Below are positions 10,287 through 20,572 of a stretch of 64,000 bases of DNA, piece by piece. The number at the start of each line of letters is the position of its first letter. The first letter of the stretch is position 1. A program made the position numbers and the translations under genes. The notes under the pieces are model-generated. The model was given only the letters and a program-made list of their open reading frames with translations, made no database searches and was not told where the DNA came from. Source of the stretch: an uncultured Thermoplasmatales archaeon (GTDB taxonomy: Archaea; Thermoplasmatota; E2; DHVEG-1); the NCBI GenBank assembly GCA_964481275.1, contig CAYZTD010000002.1, positions 133,378 to 197,377 on the forward strand, in the 5' to 3' direction.

Positions 10287-10517
10287 AAGAAATTAATGAA
10301 GGAAAGTATAGTTCTTCTTTATATTTTACAATCTTTTGACTTAAAAAGTTCTATTTTGACCTAAAAGTCTGACTTATAAGTTAGTTTTGAGGCAAAGCCC
10401 CACACTACCCTTAGACCCCTAGGTTTATACCTAATAACAGCAGAAATATTTATATATAAGTTCTTTAATCACATTTAAAAGCATATCGCAAACTATAAAA
10501 AACTTTTTGGGGAATAA

Positions 10518-11468
10518 TTGATGATAAAAAAAGCTAAGAAAAAAGAAAAACCAAATATTGAAGAGATAACTAGATGTCCTTCTTGTGGAAGCACACATCT
10601 TACAAAAGACTATTCTCGCGCTGAACTTGTATGTGAGGACTGTGGACTTGTAATAGATGAAGATTTCATAGATCATGGACCAGAATGGCGAGCATTTGAC
10701 TCTGAGCAACGTGAAAAACGTGCTCGTGTGGGTGCTCCTATGACATATACAATTCATGATAAAGGTCTTTCAACTATGATTGGTTGGAAAAACCGTGATT
10801 CATATGGAAAAAGCATCCCAACTAGAAACAGGGCTCAATTATATCGATTGAGAAAATGGCAAAGACGTATCAGAATTTCAGATGCAACCGAAAGAAACCT
10901 TGCTTTTGCATTATCAGAATTAGATCGTATGGCCTCTGGAATGGGTCTACCAAGAAACGTTAGAGAAACAGCTGCTATGATTTATCGTAAAGCTGTTCTT
11001 AAAAATCTTATACGTGGAAGAAGTATAGAAGGAGTTTCAGCAGCAGCATTATATGCAGCATGTAGACAATGTAACGTTCCAAGAACTCTTGATGAAATAG
11101 CAAATGCGAGTAGAGTTTCAAGAAAAGAAATAGGAAGAACATATAGATTTATAGCTAGAGAACTTGGATTAAAATTGATGCCTACATCACCACAGGATTA
11201 TATATCTCGTTTCTGCAGTATGTTAAAACTATCTGGAGATGTACAATCAAAAGCAATAGAAATTCTAAAAGATGCAGCAGACAAAGAACTTACAAGTGGT
11301 AGAGGACCTACTGGTGTTGCTGCAGCAAGTATCTATATTGCATCAATTCTTTGTGGAGAAAGAAGAACACAAAGAGAAGTAGCAGATGTCGCAGGTGTTA
11401 CTGAAGTTACAATCCGTAATCGTTACAAGGAACTTGCTGAAAGATTGGATATAGATATAATTCTATAA
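10518..11468 (+). CDS. tfb: transcription initiation factor IIB (TFB)
   Basis: N-terminal Zn ribbon (CPSCGS...CEDCG) followed by two cyclin-fold repeats. 316 aa, typical for archaeal TFB. Confidence 0.9.
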   Translation: MMIKKAKKKEKPNIEEITRCPSCGSTHLTKDYSRAELVCEDCGLVIDEDFIDHGPEWRAFDSEQREKRARVGAPMTYTIHDKGLSTMIGWKNRDSYGKSIPTRNRAQLYRLRKWQRRIRISDATERNLAFALSELDRMASGMGLPRNVRETAAMIYRKAVLKNLIRGRSIEGVSAAALYAACRQCNVPRTLDEIANASRVSRKEIGRTYRFIARELGLKLMPTSPQDYISRFCSMLKLSGDVQSKAIEILKDAADKELTSGRGPTGVAAASIYIASILCGERRTQREVADVAGVTEVTIRNRYKELAERLDIDIIL

Positions 11469-11489
11469 TCCATAATTTTTTTATTTTTT

Positions 11490-12098
11490 ATGACTCGCTG
11501 GTATTCTGAAAAAAAACGTGAACATTTTTACAAACAAGCAAAAAAAGAAGGATATCGTGCAAGATCAGCATATAAACTTAAACAGATCCAAAAAAAATTT
11601 AATATAATAAAAACTGGTGATTTAGTACTAGATCTAGGCTGTGCACCCGGCGGATGGAGTCAGGTTGCAAAAGAACTTGTTGGAAAAAATGGTAAAGTTA
11701 TCGGTGTTGATATTTTACCTGTTAAAAAAATAGATGATATCACTTTTATCAAAGGTGATATGACTAAAGATAACACAATAAATAATATCAAAGAAATTAT
11801 TTGTGAAAATAAAGTTGATACTGTTCTTTCTGATATGAGCCCTGACATATCTGGTAACTATGATATGGATCAAGCTCGTAGTATATATCTATGTACTAAA
11901 GCATTAGAAACTGCTGAAATTTTTTTAAAAAAAGATGGTATTTTTGTTTGTAAAGCGTTTGAAGGAAGAGACATTAATGACTTTATCGAAAAGTTAAAAA
12001 CTAAATTTAAATCAATTAAAAGATTTAGTCCTAAAGCATCTCGAAAAAGTAGTAGTGAAATATATATAATAGCTAAAGATAGATTGTATCAAAAGTAA
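11490..12098 (+). CDS. rlmE: 23S rRNA (uridine-2'-O)-methyltransferase RlmE/FtsJ
   Basis: RARSAYKL...DLGCAPGGWSQV is the FtsJ/RrmJ SAM-binding signature. 202 aa. Confidence 0.85.
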   Translation: MTRWYSEKKREHFYKQAKKEGYRARSAYKLKQIQKKFNIIKTGDLVLDLGCAPGGWSQVAKELVGKNGKVIGVDILPVKKIDDITFIKGDMTKDNTINNIKEIICENKVDTVLSDMSPDISGNYDMDQARSIYLCTKALETAEIFLKKDGIFVCKAFEGRDINDFIEKLKTKFKSIKRFSPKASRKSSSEIYIIAKDRLYQK

Positions 12099-12270
12099 TA
12101 TAAATTAAGAACCTATTAACGCCCATTAATATCAAAAAATTCGACAATATGTAAAAAAACAACCGAAAGTAATATGAAGTATTGTCTATAGATATTATAG
12201 ATAGAATTAAATATTACATACCAATTAAAATTTTATCTCGCCTGAAAAATTATGGAGGGAGGCATAAAAG

Positions 12271-13227
12271 ATGAAAGAAAATTCAAATCAATTAGAAAAT
12301 TTCTTCGATTTGTCCTACAATGATGTAGAAAATAAGATCACCACAATGATTGATGATGATGAAATGAGAACAATTCTTCAAGGTGGTAAACGCCTTCGTT
12401 CAGTATTAGGTCATTTGTCCTTTAAAGCTTGTACAAAAGGAAAAGAAGATGAAGGTCATTATGAAAAAATGCTTGAAGGTGCAGTAAGTATTGAACTGGC
12501 ACATGGGGCATCTCTTGTGCATGATGATATAATAGATAAAGATGCGGAACGAAGAGGAAAACCAGCATTTCATATTAAAGAAGGATTAGGAAATGCTATT
12601 CTTATGGGGCATAAGATGCTTACTAAAGGCTTCGATATAGCTTTATCACATGGGCAAGAAGTAGCAAAACTATATGTTGATTCGTGGAATGAAGTAGTAA
12701 ATGGTGAAATTGACGAAGTAAATTTTAATAAAAAAGATTCAAATGAAAATCTATCAAAAGATAAATTATTTGATTCATATAACAAGATAATTGATTTAAA
12801 AACAGCTGCTCTTTTTGCATCTGCCTGTAAAGCAGGTGTACTTGAAGCAAATATGAGTGGTGATATACTAAAAGTTTTTAGTAACTACGGAAGAGAAATT
12901 GGTCTTGCATATCAACTTGCAGATGATTTAGTAGATCTTGTAAAAGGAGAAATGCTTGATAGTGTTATACTTCCATTGTTAAATCAAATTCAAACAAAAA
13001 AATCAAAAATAGGTTTTCTTAAAAAAAGAGAAACTAAAAAGATATTTGAAAAAAATAAAGACAAAATACAGAAATTTTATTTTGAAGAAATTAAAAAACA
13101 TATCAAAAATGCAGAGGAACTTAGTAAATCAAAAGATATACCTGATTCAGAATATAAGATACTATTAAACGAAGCACCATCTTATATTATAGATAGAATG
13201 CTTAAAGAAATCAACCTTACAATATAA
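12271..13227 (+). CDS. short-chain polyprenyl diphosphate synthase (GGPP/FPP synthase family)
   Basis: First Asp-rich motif LVHDDIIDKDAERRGKP and second motif YQLADDLVD of the trans-isoprenyl diphosphate synthase family. Confidence 0.75.
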   Translation: MKENSNQLENFFDLSYNDVENKITTMIDDDEMRTILQGGKRLRSVLGHLSFKACTKGKEDEGHYEKMLEGAVSIELAHGASLVHDDIIDKDAERRGKPAFHIKEGLGNAILMGHKMLTKGFDIALSHGQEVAKLYVDSWNEVVNGEIDEVNFNKKDSNENLSKDKLFDSYNKIIDLKTAALFASACKAGVLEANMSGDILKVFSNYGREIGLAYQLADDLVDLVKGEMLDSVILPLLNQIQTKKSKIGFLKKRETKKIFEKNKDKIQKFYFEEIKKHIKNAEELSKSKDIPDSEYKILLNEAPSYIIDRMLKEINLTI

Positions 13228-13243
13228 TCTAAATAATTTTTTG

Positions 13244-13711
13244 TTAGGGAAAATATAGCTTATTTTTAGGTCTAGTAAGAAAGAATATTATTCCTAAATC
13301 AATTAAGAAGGTAACAATTGTTGTAACGAGACCCAAAACTGAAAATCTACTAAAATAAGTTAGTACATTTATTATAAAAGAAGCTAACATTAATCCAAAG
13401 ATTGCAAGAAAAATTGTGGAGATAATAAGGCTTGTAGTCCAGACCCATCTATCAGGTTTAAGTGTACCATACGCGATAATAACAAAGATAGACGAAAAGA
13501 CAAGCCAAACAATAGCAGACATAGTATAACCAAAATGAATCATAGGTATTATTGTTTCAACATAGTCAGGATATGTCCACTCAGACATATTAATTAAGAC
13601 ACCAAGAGAATACCCGCCCCAAACAAGAAACATAGCACTCATCATAGCCCAAAGTATTACTAATATGATTATTTGTTTAGGCCTTTCTGTCAATTTTATT
13701 CCCCCGGACAT
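13244..13711 (-). CDS. integral membrane protein (4 TM), unknown function
   Basis: 155 aa, highly hydrophobic with four predicted helices. Confidence 0.5.
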   Translation of the reverse strand: MSGGIKLTERPKQIIILVILWAMMSAMFLVWGGYSLGVLINMSEWTYPDYVETIIPMIHFGYTMSAIVWLVFSSIFVIIAYGTLKPDRWVWTTSLIISTIFLAIFGLMLASFIINVLTYFSRFSVLGLVTTIVTFLIDLGIIFFLTRPKNKLYFP

Positions 13712-13739
13712 AGATTAATGGTAAAACAAGTTTATAATT

Positions 13740-16700
13740 TTATTGTTTTATATAAACCACTTTTAATCTTTTCTCTAAAAATGTTTTTAGTCTGTATACA
13801 AAAATAAATAATAATATTAAAGTACTTATTACCATCAGATAAAATCCTGAATTTAAACCCCAACTTCCATTAATAAAATTACAACTGTTATTTCCCGGAT
13901 CATTAACACAAATATCGCCAGAACCAATTAAACTTCCAATAAACACCTGGGAGAAATTTGACATAGAAATAAAAAATGTAAATAATGATGCAATAAACAT
14001 AAACAAACTCAAGATTAAAAATAAAGAAGATAACTTTTTGTAATATTTATTTCTAAATAAAATGTTCAAAAATAAAAACAAAACGCCAAGAGAAATTAAA
14101 ATAGGAATTAGGTTTATAACAAAATCAAATGTTTCATCAAGAGATGCAAATTCGCCATAAAACATTTCATCAGAACTTGTAAATATAATCAGATCTGATG
14201 GAGCCAGATACATATTTGATGAATTTTCAACTATTTTATTGGGGTCATCTGTGTTAAGTGACCACCAGGGTAAAACGATACTAGAGATCGCAATAAAAAC
14301 AATTAAAATTTTTATAAAAAAGAGTGTTTTTCTTTTTTTGTAACTATAAAGGCCAAGTACAAAAATCATAGAGATACAGGCTACTAGAACAATAAATTGA
14401 ATCCTAGATTCTTCTTTTGTAACAATAGATAACTTTTTATCTGATAAAACATCCACTTCTTTTTTTGCAATTAATTCATTATCTTTAGATATATTAATTT
14501 TATATTTTCCTGGTGGTACCATAAAAAAACTTTTTCCATTTTCATCTGTTTTTTTTATTTTTCTGATGTTATCTCTAGAAATTACTATTTCTGCGTTTGC
14601 TAAAGGATAACCTTGTATATCGTAAATCTTTGAAGATAGATTAAATAGGGTTTGGAAATTAAAAGTTATATCATTATCATCAGTTGGAATTTCTATTATT
14701 TCATTATTGATGATTGTTTTATAAGCTACCTTAAGATTATAGGTTCCAGGGAAAAGCTCTTCAAATAAATATTTTTGATCATCTATTTTTGATCCATATA
14801 GTAATATCTCTTCTTTGAAATCTAAACTTGTAAGAGTAACATCTAATGTTGCTTCTGATGTAAGATTCCATTTATCTAAAATTTTTACTTTTAAATCATA
14901 AAAATCCAAAGATAATGATTTATTTTCAGATATTTCAATTGGTTTTTCTATTCTAAAACTGTTATATCTTAAATTTATTAAGTAATCTGACGGAATCAGA
15001 TTTACAAACCTAAAATTATTTTCAGATTTTTCATTTGGTTCTATTCTTTTTTCTTCTTTCATATTGGGGCTTTTTAGATATAATTCTGGTTTGAAAATAG
15101 AAGAAAAACCATTATTTTTTTCAAGTTTTATATCTAAATTATATAGATCTATTTCAACCTCTTTTTTATAAGGAATGATACTTCTTATATCCATTAGTTT
15201 AATTTGATCTTTTTCAACTAAAAATCCTTTATAAAATATCTCAAGATTATATTTTTTTTCAAAACTACAAGGTAGACCAATTCTTGTTTCCTCTTCTTTA
15301 GTACTTTTCTTACTTTCAATTATGGTATCGTCTTCTATAATTCTTGTTTCTACATCTCCTATTGTATTGTTATTTTGGTCTTTAAAATATAGTAAGATAT
15401 ATCCTTCTCTTTTACATTCGATAATAGTACTCATGTCTTCATTTAAATCGACTATTTCATATCCAACAAATTCTTTATTGTTTTTTTTAAGCACATTATT
15501 TATACAAATCTTTACTAGATATTTTCCTTGTTCTAGATTTTTAAAAATTACTTTGCTAAAAAGCGATGTGTTTTTCCAGTCTATACGAAAATCTTCGTTT
15601 AATTTTATCCACCCTACTCTACCTACCGCTATCAAATTGTTTTTATGATATAACTCAGCATAGACATATGGTCTTTTAAAAAGAAAAAGTGACAGATATA
15701 TTTTTGAATAAATTGAGCTAGGTATATATGGGTATACCTTAAGAGAATAGGTTGTTTTCTCCTTCTCGTTATCCTTATATTCTTCTTCATATTCTGCTTG
15801 GTAATCTATTAAATTTTTATACATGGAAGCCTCTTTTTCAACTTGTTTATATCCTCCATTTCTAGTGGAAAAAAAGTTAGCATTGTATTCAACAGCAAAG
15901 TCCTGTGGTATTTTTTCATTATATCCTTTATCTGGTTCAAATCTATTTCTCATAAGATAGATATACGAAAATTTCGCGTTAAGATTAGGTAGATTTACAA
16001 GATTTGATTCTAATAAACCAATTTGTATTCCATTGTATTCATCTAAACCTTGTTTTACTACCTGGTTTGTATCAAAAATTATAGCTTGGGCTTCCCCTTT
16101 TTCCCCATGATCTGCAGAAAGCCAACTAAAATCCCCTAAATCATAATCATCTTCAGCTCCAATAATTTCCTGCCATTCAATATTTTCTGGATTGGTATCA
16201 AGGGCATAGGTGACAACACGATTTTTTTCACTATAAAAATGAAGATAAGGTGGTATATCTCCTGAGTTTAGTTCATCTATAGGGCTTTTAATTTCTATAT
16301 TACTCATTAAACCAAAACTAGCCGGGATTTCATCTCCATCTGGTAATTCTTTTACAAGTTCATGTTTAACATTAACATAAATTCTTTTATGCTCTGTTGG
16401 GCAATAATAGTATTTATAGATGTTAGTAGATCTTATTTCACCATTTTCTGATTCGCTTATTATTACAAATTTTAACATTAAATTACCATTAACTAAAATC
16501 TCTTTTGAAACTAGTTTTTGACTTGTGGAAAGAAATGTTTGTTTATCTCCTTTATTTATCCAAATATTAAAATTAAAACATGATACATGCTCAGTATTTT
16601 CTGGATAAAAATCTTTTGAATCTTTTTTAAACTTGGTTACCTGCTGACTTATAGGAATGTTAAGCGCCTTTCCCTTTTGAGAAACAGCATATTGAATACA

Positions 16701-17201
16701 TTCATCCTGAATTATTTTGTAAAACCATGATTCAAAATAGAAACCACGTATTGGTTCGTATCTATAATATGAATCTTCGATATCTACATGATCTTTATAA
16801 TCGGGATTATTTTTCTTTTGATCATCATAATAAATATAATATTTTTCACTACCATCTGCATCTTCTGGTACTAAAAAAACTATATTACAACTATCAATAA
16901 AATTATTTTTTGTGAAATTAAGATTATATATCTGGGATTCAATTTCTATAAAACGTCCACCTTTTTGATAAATTAATCTTAAGGAATGTTCATTTTCATT
17001 TTTTGCCCAGCACGGATTTTCAAAATTTACTTTTATATCAACTGGCTGAAACTCAGCTTGGTCTTTACTTGTATCTATTGGAAGTATTATCTGTTTATCA
17101 AAAGAATAACCTTTATTCCATCTGGGTTTTTCATTTTCTGATGATATATTGGGGGTTAATATTGTAAAAGATAAACTTAAGATTATAAGAATTGTAACCA
17201 T
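13740..17201 (-). CDS. very large envelope protein: signal peptide, ~900-aa extracellular region, C-terminal polytopic membrane domain
   Basis: 1153-aa uninterrupted ORF. N-terminal signal (MVTILIILSLSFTILTPNISS). The C-terminal ~250 aa holds at least six hydrophobic helices. No enzymatic motif recognised. Confidence 0.65.
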   Translation of the reverse strand: MVTILIILSLSFTILTPNISSENEKPRWNKGYSFDKQIILPIDTSKDQAEFQPVDIKVNFENPCWAKNENEHSLRLIYQKGGRFIEIESQIYNLNFTKNNFIDSCNIVFLVPEDADGSEKYYIYYDDQKKNNPDYKDHVDIEDSYYRYEPIRGFYFESWFYKIIQDECIQYAVSQKGKALNIPISQQVTKFKKDSKDFYPENTEHVSCFNFNIWINKGDKQTFLSTSQKLVSKEILVNGNLMLKFVIISESENGEIRSTNIYKYYYCPTEHKRIYVNVKHELVKELPDGDEIPASFGLMSNIEIKSPIDELNSGDIPPYLHFYSEKNRVVTYALDTNPENIEWQEIIGAEDDYDLGDFSWLSADHGEKGEAQAIIFDTNQVVKQGLDEYNGIQIGLLESNLVNLPNLNAKFSYIYLMRNRFEPDKGYNEKIPQDFAVEYNANFFSTRNGGYKQVEKEASMYKNLIDYQAEYEEEYKDNEKEKTTYSLKVYPYIPSSIYSKIYLSLFLFKRPYVYAELYHKNNLIAVGRVGWIKLNEDFRIDWKNTSLFSKVIFKNLEQGKYLVKICINNVLKKNNKEFVGYEIVDLNEDMSTIIECKREGYILLYFKDQNNNTIGDVETRIIEDDTIIESKKSTKEEETRIGLPCSFEKKYNLEIFYKGFLVEKDQIKLMDIRSIIPYKKEVEIDLYNLDIKLEKNNGFSSIFKPELYLKSPNMKEEKRIEPNEKSENNFRFVNLIPSDYLINLRYNSFRIEKPIEISENKSLSLDFYDLKVKILDKWNLTSEATLDVTLTSLDFKEEILLYGSKIDDQKYLFEELFPGTYNLKVAYKTIINNEIIEIPTDDNDITFNFQTLFNLSSKIYDIQGYPLANAEIVISRDNIRKIKKTDENGKSFFMVPPGKYKINISKDNELIAKKEVDVLSDKKLSIVTKEESRIQFIVLVACISMIFVLGLYSYKKRKTLFFIKILIVFIAISSIVLPWWSLNTDDPNKIVENSSNMYLAPSDLIIFTSSDEMFYGEFASLDETFDFVINLIPILISLGVLFLFLNILFRNKYYKKLSSLFLILSLFMFIASLFTFFISMSNFSQVFIGSLIGSGDICVNDPGNNSCNFINGSWGLNSGFYLMVISTLILLFIFVYRLKTFLEKRLKVVYIKQ

Positions 17202-17299
17202 TCTTTTTTTAATATGAATCTAAAATCCCCCAATAATATTTACTCGTACAGTAAAAACAGTATTATAAATTAAAGATATATAAATATATTGATAAAAAA

Positions 17300-17965
17300 T
17301 TATTTCATTCTTTTTTTCCTATATGCATAAACCATTATACCAATTATAATAATTACTACAATAATTAACAAGCCATAGAGAAAGTTTTTTACAACTACAT
17401 TAAGAATAGCATTTGCAAAATATGCAATTAATAAACAGCCAGTTATCGAACCAATTGAGATAGCAAGAACAGTATTCATAGGTTTCATACCAATCAAACG
17501 CCCAAGTATTGATCCAACAAGACCTCCAGATCCCTGAAATGGAACCATAACAAACAAAACAATACCTATAAAACGAAGTGGTTTAATCCAACTATATTTT
17601 TTAGAACTACTTTTTCCAATGTTTTCTACTTTTTCCATAAAGTTTCCAATAAAAGGTATTTTTTTTGCAAGATCATAATTCCAAACAAGAAACAAAGCAA
17701 CAATAATATCAACAAAAGCAATAGATAAAGCAATTACTAATGGATTAATTCCAGCTAAAACACCTGTTGGAATAACAGATTCTTTACCAAGTGGTGGAAA
17801 AAAATATGCAGTTATGAGTGGAAAATATGTTAATCTTAAAGTTTCATCCATAAGAAAACCGACTGTACCAATTACAACTAAACCTACTATAACTGGTATA
17901 ATAAATTTTAAGAATCTTTCCATGTATTTTGAATTGATTTTAAATTCCATAATTTTTTTGTCCAT
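17300..17965 (-). CDS. polytopic membrane protein, unknown function
   Basis: 221 aa with multiple TM helices. The protein ends in a basic tail (YRKKRMK). Confidence 0.5.
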   Translation of the reverse strand: MDKKIMEFKINSKYMERFLKFIIPVIVGLVVIGTVGFLMDETLRLTYFPLITAYFFPPLGKESVIPTGVLAGINPLVIALSIAFVDIIVALFLVWNYDLAKKIPFIGNFMEKVENIGKSSSKKYSWIKPLRFIGIVLFVMVPFQGSGGLVGSILGRLIGMKPMNTVLAISIGSITGCLLIAYFANAILNVVVKNFLYGLLIIVVIIIIGIMVYAYRKKRMK

Positions 17966-17999
17966 AACAAATTTTAGTATAATTACTATTTCTTTTAAA

Positions 18000-18659
18000 T
18001 CAATTTTTTACAATAATTGCCGCATGATCTTTTTCAAAGGGCGACAAATCAACTATATCAAGGATTTCTAAACCTGAATCTTTAAGATTAGAACTAACTT
18101 TTTCATATACTTTTTTTGGTTTCATTGATACATCTATACTTCTTGATTTAACCATTATGATTGCTTTCTTATTTTTCTTTAGATATCTTTCTACATTTTC
18201 TATAAAAATTTTAGATTGATTTCTTTGAGATATATCTTGATATAAAAAATCAACCTTTGGAACAATTGATTGATATCTATCCGAATGAAAAGCATCCTCT
18301 AAAATAGGTATAACATTTTTTCTTTTTTTGCATAATTCCAATAATTTTTTCATTGAGACAGCTGAGTTTTCCACGGCATAAATTGTTCCATTTACTAAAA
18401 TATCTGATATATGACTGACAGTTGTACCTGTTGCTGCACCAAGGTATAAACTATTAAAATCTGGTTTGATTTCTAGATCTATTTTTTTTAATAACAGGGC
18501 AGATAGTTTACTTCTATATGGATTCCACGATCTGAATTGTTTATCTTTTATTTTTACTAATTTTTCTCCATATATTTTTTTGTTTTTACAATTATTTGGA
18601 TTTATTGTAAACAGCTGATTTCTATTTCTATAAATTCCCTTTATTTTTGTTTCTTTCAT
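18000..18659 (-). CDS. flpA: fibrillarin-like rRNA/tRNA 2'-O-methyltransferase
   Basis: The fibrillarin signature FRSWNPYRSKLSA is present, with a SAM-binding fold (LYLGAATGTTVSHISD). 219 aa. Confidence 0.9.
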   Translation of the reverse strand: MKETKIKGIYRNRNQLFTINPNNCKNKKIYGEKLVKIKDKQFRSWNPYRSKLSALLLKKIDLEIKPDFNSLYLGAATGTTVSHISDILVNGTIYAVENSAVSMKKLLELCKKRKNVIPILEDAFHSDRYQSIVPKVDFLYQDISQRNQSKIFIENVERYLKKNKKAIIMVKSRSIDVSMKPKKVYEKVSSNLKDSGLEILDIVDLSPFEKDHAAIIVKN

Positions 18660-18789
18660 ATATCACTATCGTATATAACTTCTTTTTATATTCATCTTTT
18701 TGTTTTTTGTATTTTCTATTCATAAATTTTTTAATTTTTGTCGAAACGTTTTACTATAGCAATTTGTATTCACGGTGGGGTTTTATTAT

Positions 18790-19896
18790 ATGGCTTTGAA
18801 TTCACCATTGAATGAAATACATAAAAAACTTGGAGCAAAATTTACACAATTTGCAGGTTTTGAAATGCCACTTCAATTCAGCTCTATTAAAGATGAACAT
18901 ATCACTGTTAGAAAAAAATTAGGTATTTTTGATGTTTCACATATGGGAAACGTATGGATTACTGGAAAAGACACTGAAAAGTTATTAACACTTACAACAA
19001 TGGAAGATGCATCCAACATTGGTGTTGGAAGAAGTCAATATACAGCAATACTTCGTGAAAATGGTACAATAATTGATGATACTATTTTTATGCATGTAGA
19101 TGAAAGATTTATGTTAATTCCGAATGCAGGCCAATCTAAAATTGTAGTTGATTGGCTTAATAAACAAGCTGAAAAACATAACCTTGATGTTAAAGCAGAA
19201 AATGTTTCACGTGAATATGTAATACTTGCTGTGCAAGGACCAAAATCTCGTGAAACACTTCAAAAACTTACAGATGAAGATTTAAGTAAAATTGGTTTTT
19301 TTGGATGTAAAAAAATAAAGTTTGCAGGAAATGATGTCATAATTTCTTTTACAGGGTATACTGGAGAACTTGGATATGAATTTCAAATTAATGATTTTGA
19401 TGTAGCAAAAAATCTATTCAATGAAATTCTTAAAGCAGGAAAAGAATTTGGAATAAAACCAATTGGTCTTGGCGCTCGTGATACACTTCGCCTGGAAAAG
19501 TTTTTTCTTCTTGCAGGAAATGAATTTGAGGGGGGTAGAACCCCTCTTGAAGCAAATATTTCTTTTTTTCTTAACTGGGATCATGATTTTATCGGTAAAA
19601 AGGCACTTGAAGAACAAAAAGAAAAAGGTGATTATGAACGTTTGACTGCTTTAGTCTGTACTGAAAAGGGTATTCCTCGCCATGGTTGTAGAGTTGAAAA
19701 AGACGGTAAGAATATAGGGGTTGTATCAAGTGGTACAATGTCCCCGTGTCTAAAAAAGGGTATTGCTATTTCATACATAAAACCAGATTATATAAAAATT
19801 GATAATGAAGTAGATATACTAATCAGGGAGAAAAAAGTTAAAGCAAAAATGATTAAACCTCCTTTTGTTTCAAAAGATTGGGCACAAAAAAATTAG
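18790..19896 (+). CDS. gcvT: glycine cleavage system T protein (aminomethyltransferase)
   Basis: N-terminus (PL...H..LGAK...FAGFEMPLQF) and overall length match the GcvT family. ATG at 18790 is preferred over the GTG at 18775. Confidence 0.85.
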   Translation: MALNSPLNEIHKKLGAKFTQFAGFEMPLQFSSIKDEHITVRKKLGIFDVSHMGNVWITGKDTEKLLTLTTMEDASNIGVGRSQYTAILRENGTIIDDTIFMHVDERFMLIPNAGQSKIVVDWLNKQAEKHNLDVKAENVSREYVILAVQGPKSRETLQKLTDEDLSKIGFFGCKKIKFAGNDVIISFTGYTGELGYEFQINDFDVAKNLFNEILKAGKEFGIKPIGLGARDTLRLEKFFLLAGNEFEGGRTPLEANISFFLNWDHDFIGKKALEEQKEKGDYERLTALVCTEKGIPRHGCRVEKDGKNIGVVSSGTMSPCLKKGIAISYIKPDYIKIDNEVDILIREKKVKAKMIKPPFVSKDWAQKN

Positions 19897-19968
19897 ATCT
19901 TTTTTCATTTTTTTTTAATCCTTGCAAAATGTTTATAATAGATTTGAAAATACTGATTCTTGATTTAT

Positions 19969-20349
19969 ATGAGTGATGAAGTAAGAGAGGATTTAAAATA
20001 TACAGATACACATGAGTGGTTGAAAATAGAAGGGGATAAAGCAAAAGTTGGAATAACAGATCATGCTCAAGAAGAACTTACAGATATTGTATTTGTTGAA
20101 TTACCTGAAGTCGGTAAAGAAGTTGGAAAAGGCGAAGAACTTTGTGTTGTTGAATCAGTAAAATCAGTATCTGAAATTTATTCACCTATTTCTGGAAAAA
20201 TTACAAATGTAAACCAGGATCTCGAAGACTCACCAGAAACTGTAAATGAAAGTCCTTATGATGACGGCTGGCTTGTAGAAATTCAGATATCTAATAAGTC
20301 AGAGATAGATGGTTTGTTAAGCTCAGAAGATTACAAAAAAAATATTTAA
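19969..20349 (+). CDS. gcvH: glycine cleavage system H protein (lipoyl carrier)
   Basis: Lipoyl-lysine motif ESVKSVSEIYSPISG. About 127 aa, adjacent to gcvT. Confidence 0.9.
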   Translation: MSDEVREDLKYTDTHEWLKIEGDKAKVGITDHAQEELTDIVFVELPEVGKEVGKGEELCVVESVKSVSEIYSPISGKITNVNQDLEDSPETVNESPYDDGWLVEIQISNKSEIDGLLSSEDYKKNI

Positions 20350-20572
20350 AAATCTATTTTCACTCCTTATTTTATTGGAGAATTTTTTTTCCGAAAATTT
20401 CTTATATTGTTTAACACATTCAAAGTATAGGCGGAGAGATGGGATTGCAAGTTAGTTCAATTTAGTTTTTTTTAAAGCGGTGTTAAACACCTCCGCCGCC
20501 TCCCCCATTTACTATTTTTTACTAATCACTATATTTAATAATAATTACTTGGTTTACAGGGTTTGATTCTGT

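Larger units (their letters stand above)
7997..10408. mobile_element. putative repeat-bracketed mobile segment carrying a DDE transposase plus two small cargo ORFs
   Basis: An identical 17-mer gcaaagccccacactac occurs at 7997..8013 and 10392..10408 as a direct repeat. Related iterated tttgacYYaaaagtct motifs lie next to each copy (8031..8067 and 10334..10370). The interior holds the transposase ORF at 9087..10286. Confidence 0.4.

Noticed and set aside
10431-10757. 108-aa minus-strand ORF overlapping the tfb start
   Set aside because: It is antisense to the TFB N-terminus and promoter region and shows no coding signature.
15322-15648. 108-aa plus-strand ORF inside the giant membrane-protein gene
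   Set aside because: It is antisense and internal to a 1153-aa uninterrupted ORF. The same reasoning applies to the other short antisense ORFs: 1439..1633, 1918..2109, 2308..2514, 2665..2874, 3411..3887, 4635..5218, 5906..7059, 8308..8769, 11660..11848, 12570..12785, 17814..18071, 19414..19645, 20590..20787, 22168..22487, 22940..23321, 24877..25149, 26540..26746, 27180..27977, 29851..30036, 31106..31336, 32481..32804, 33286..33474, 36903..37103, 38268..38471, 41137..42021, 47062..48181, 52187..53348, 56082..57645, 61924..62598.
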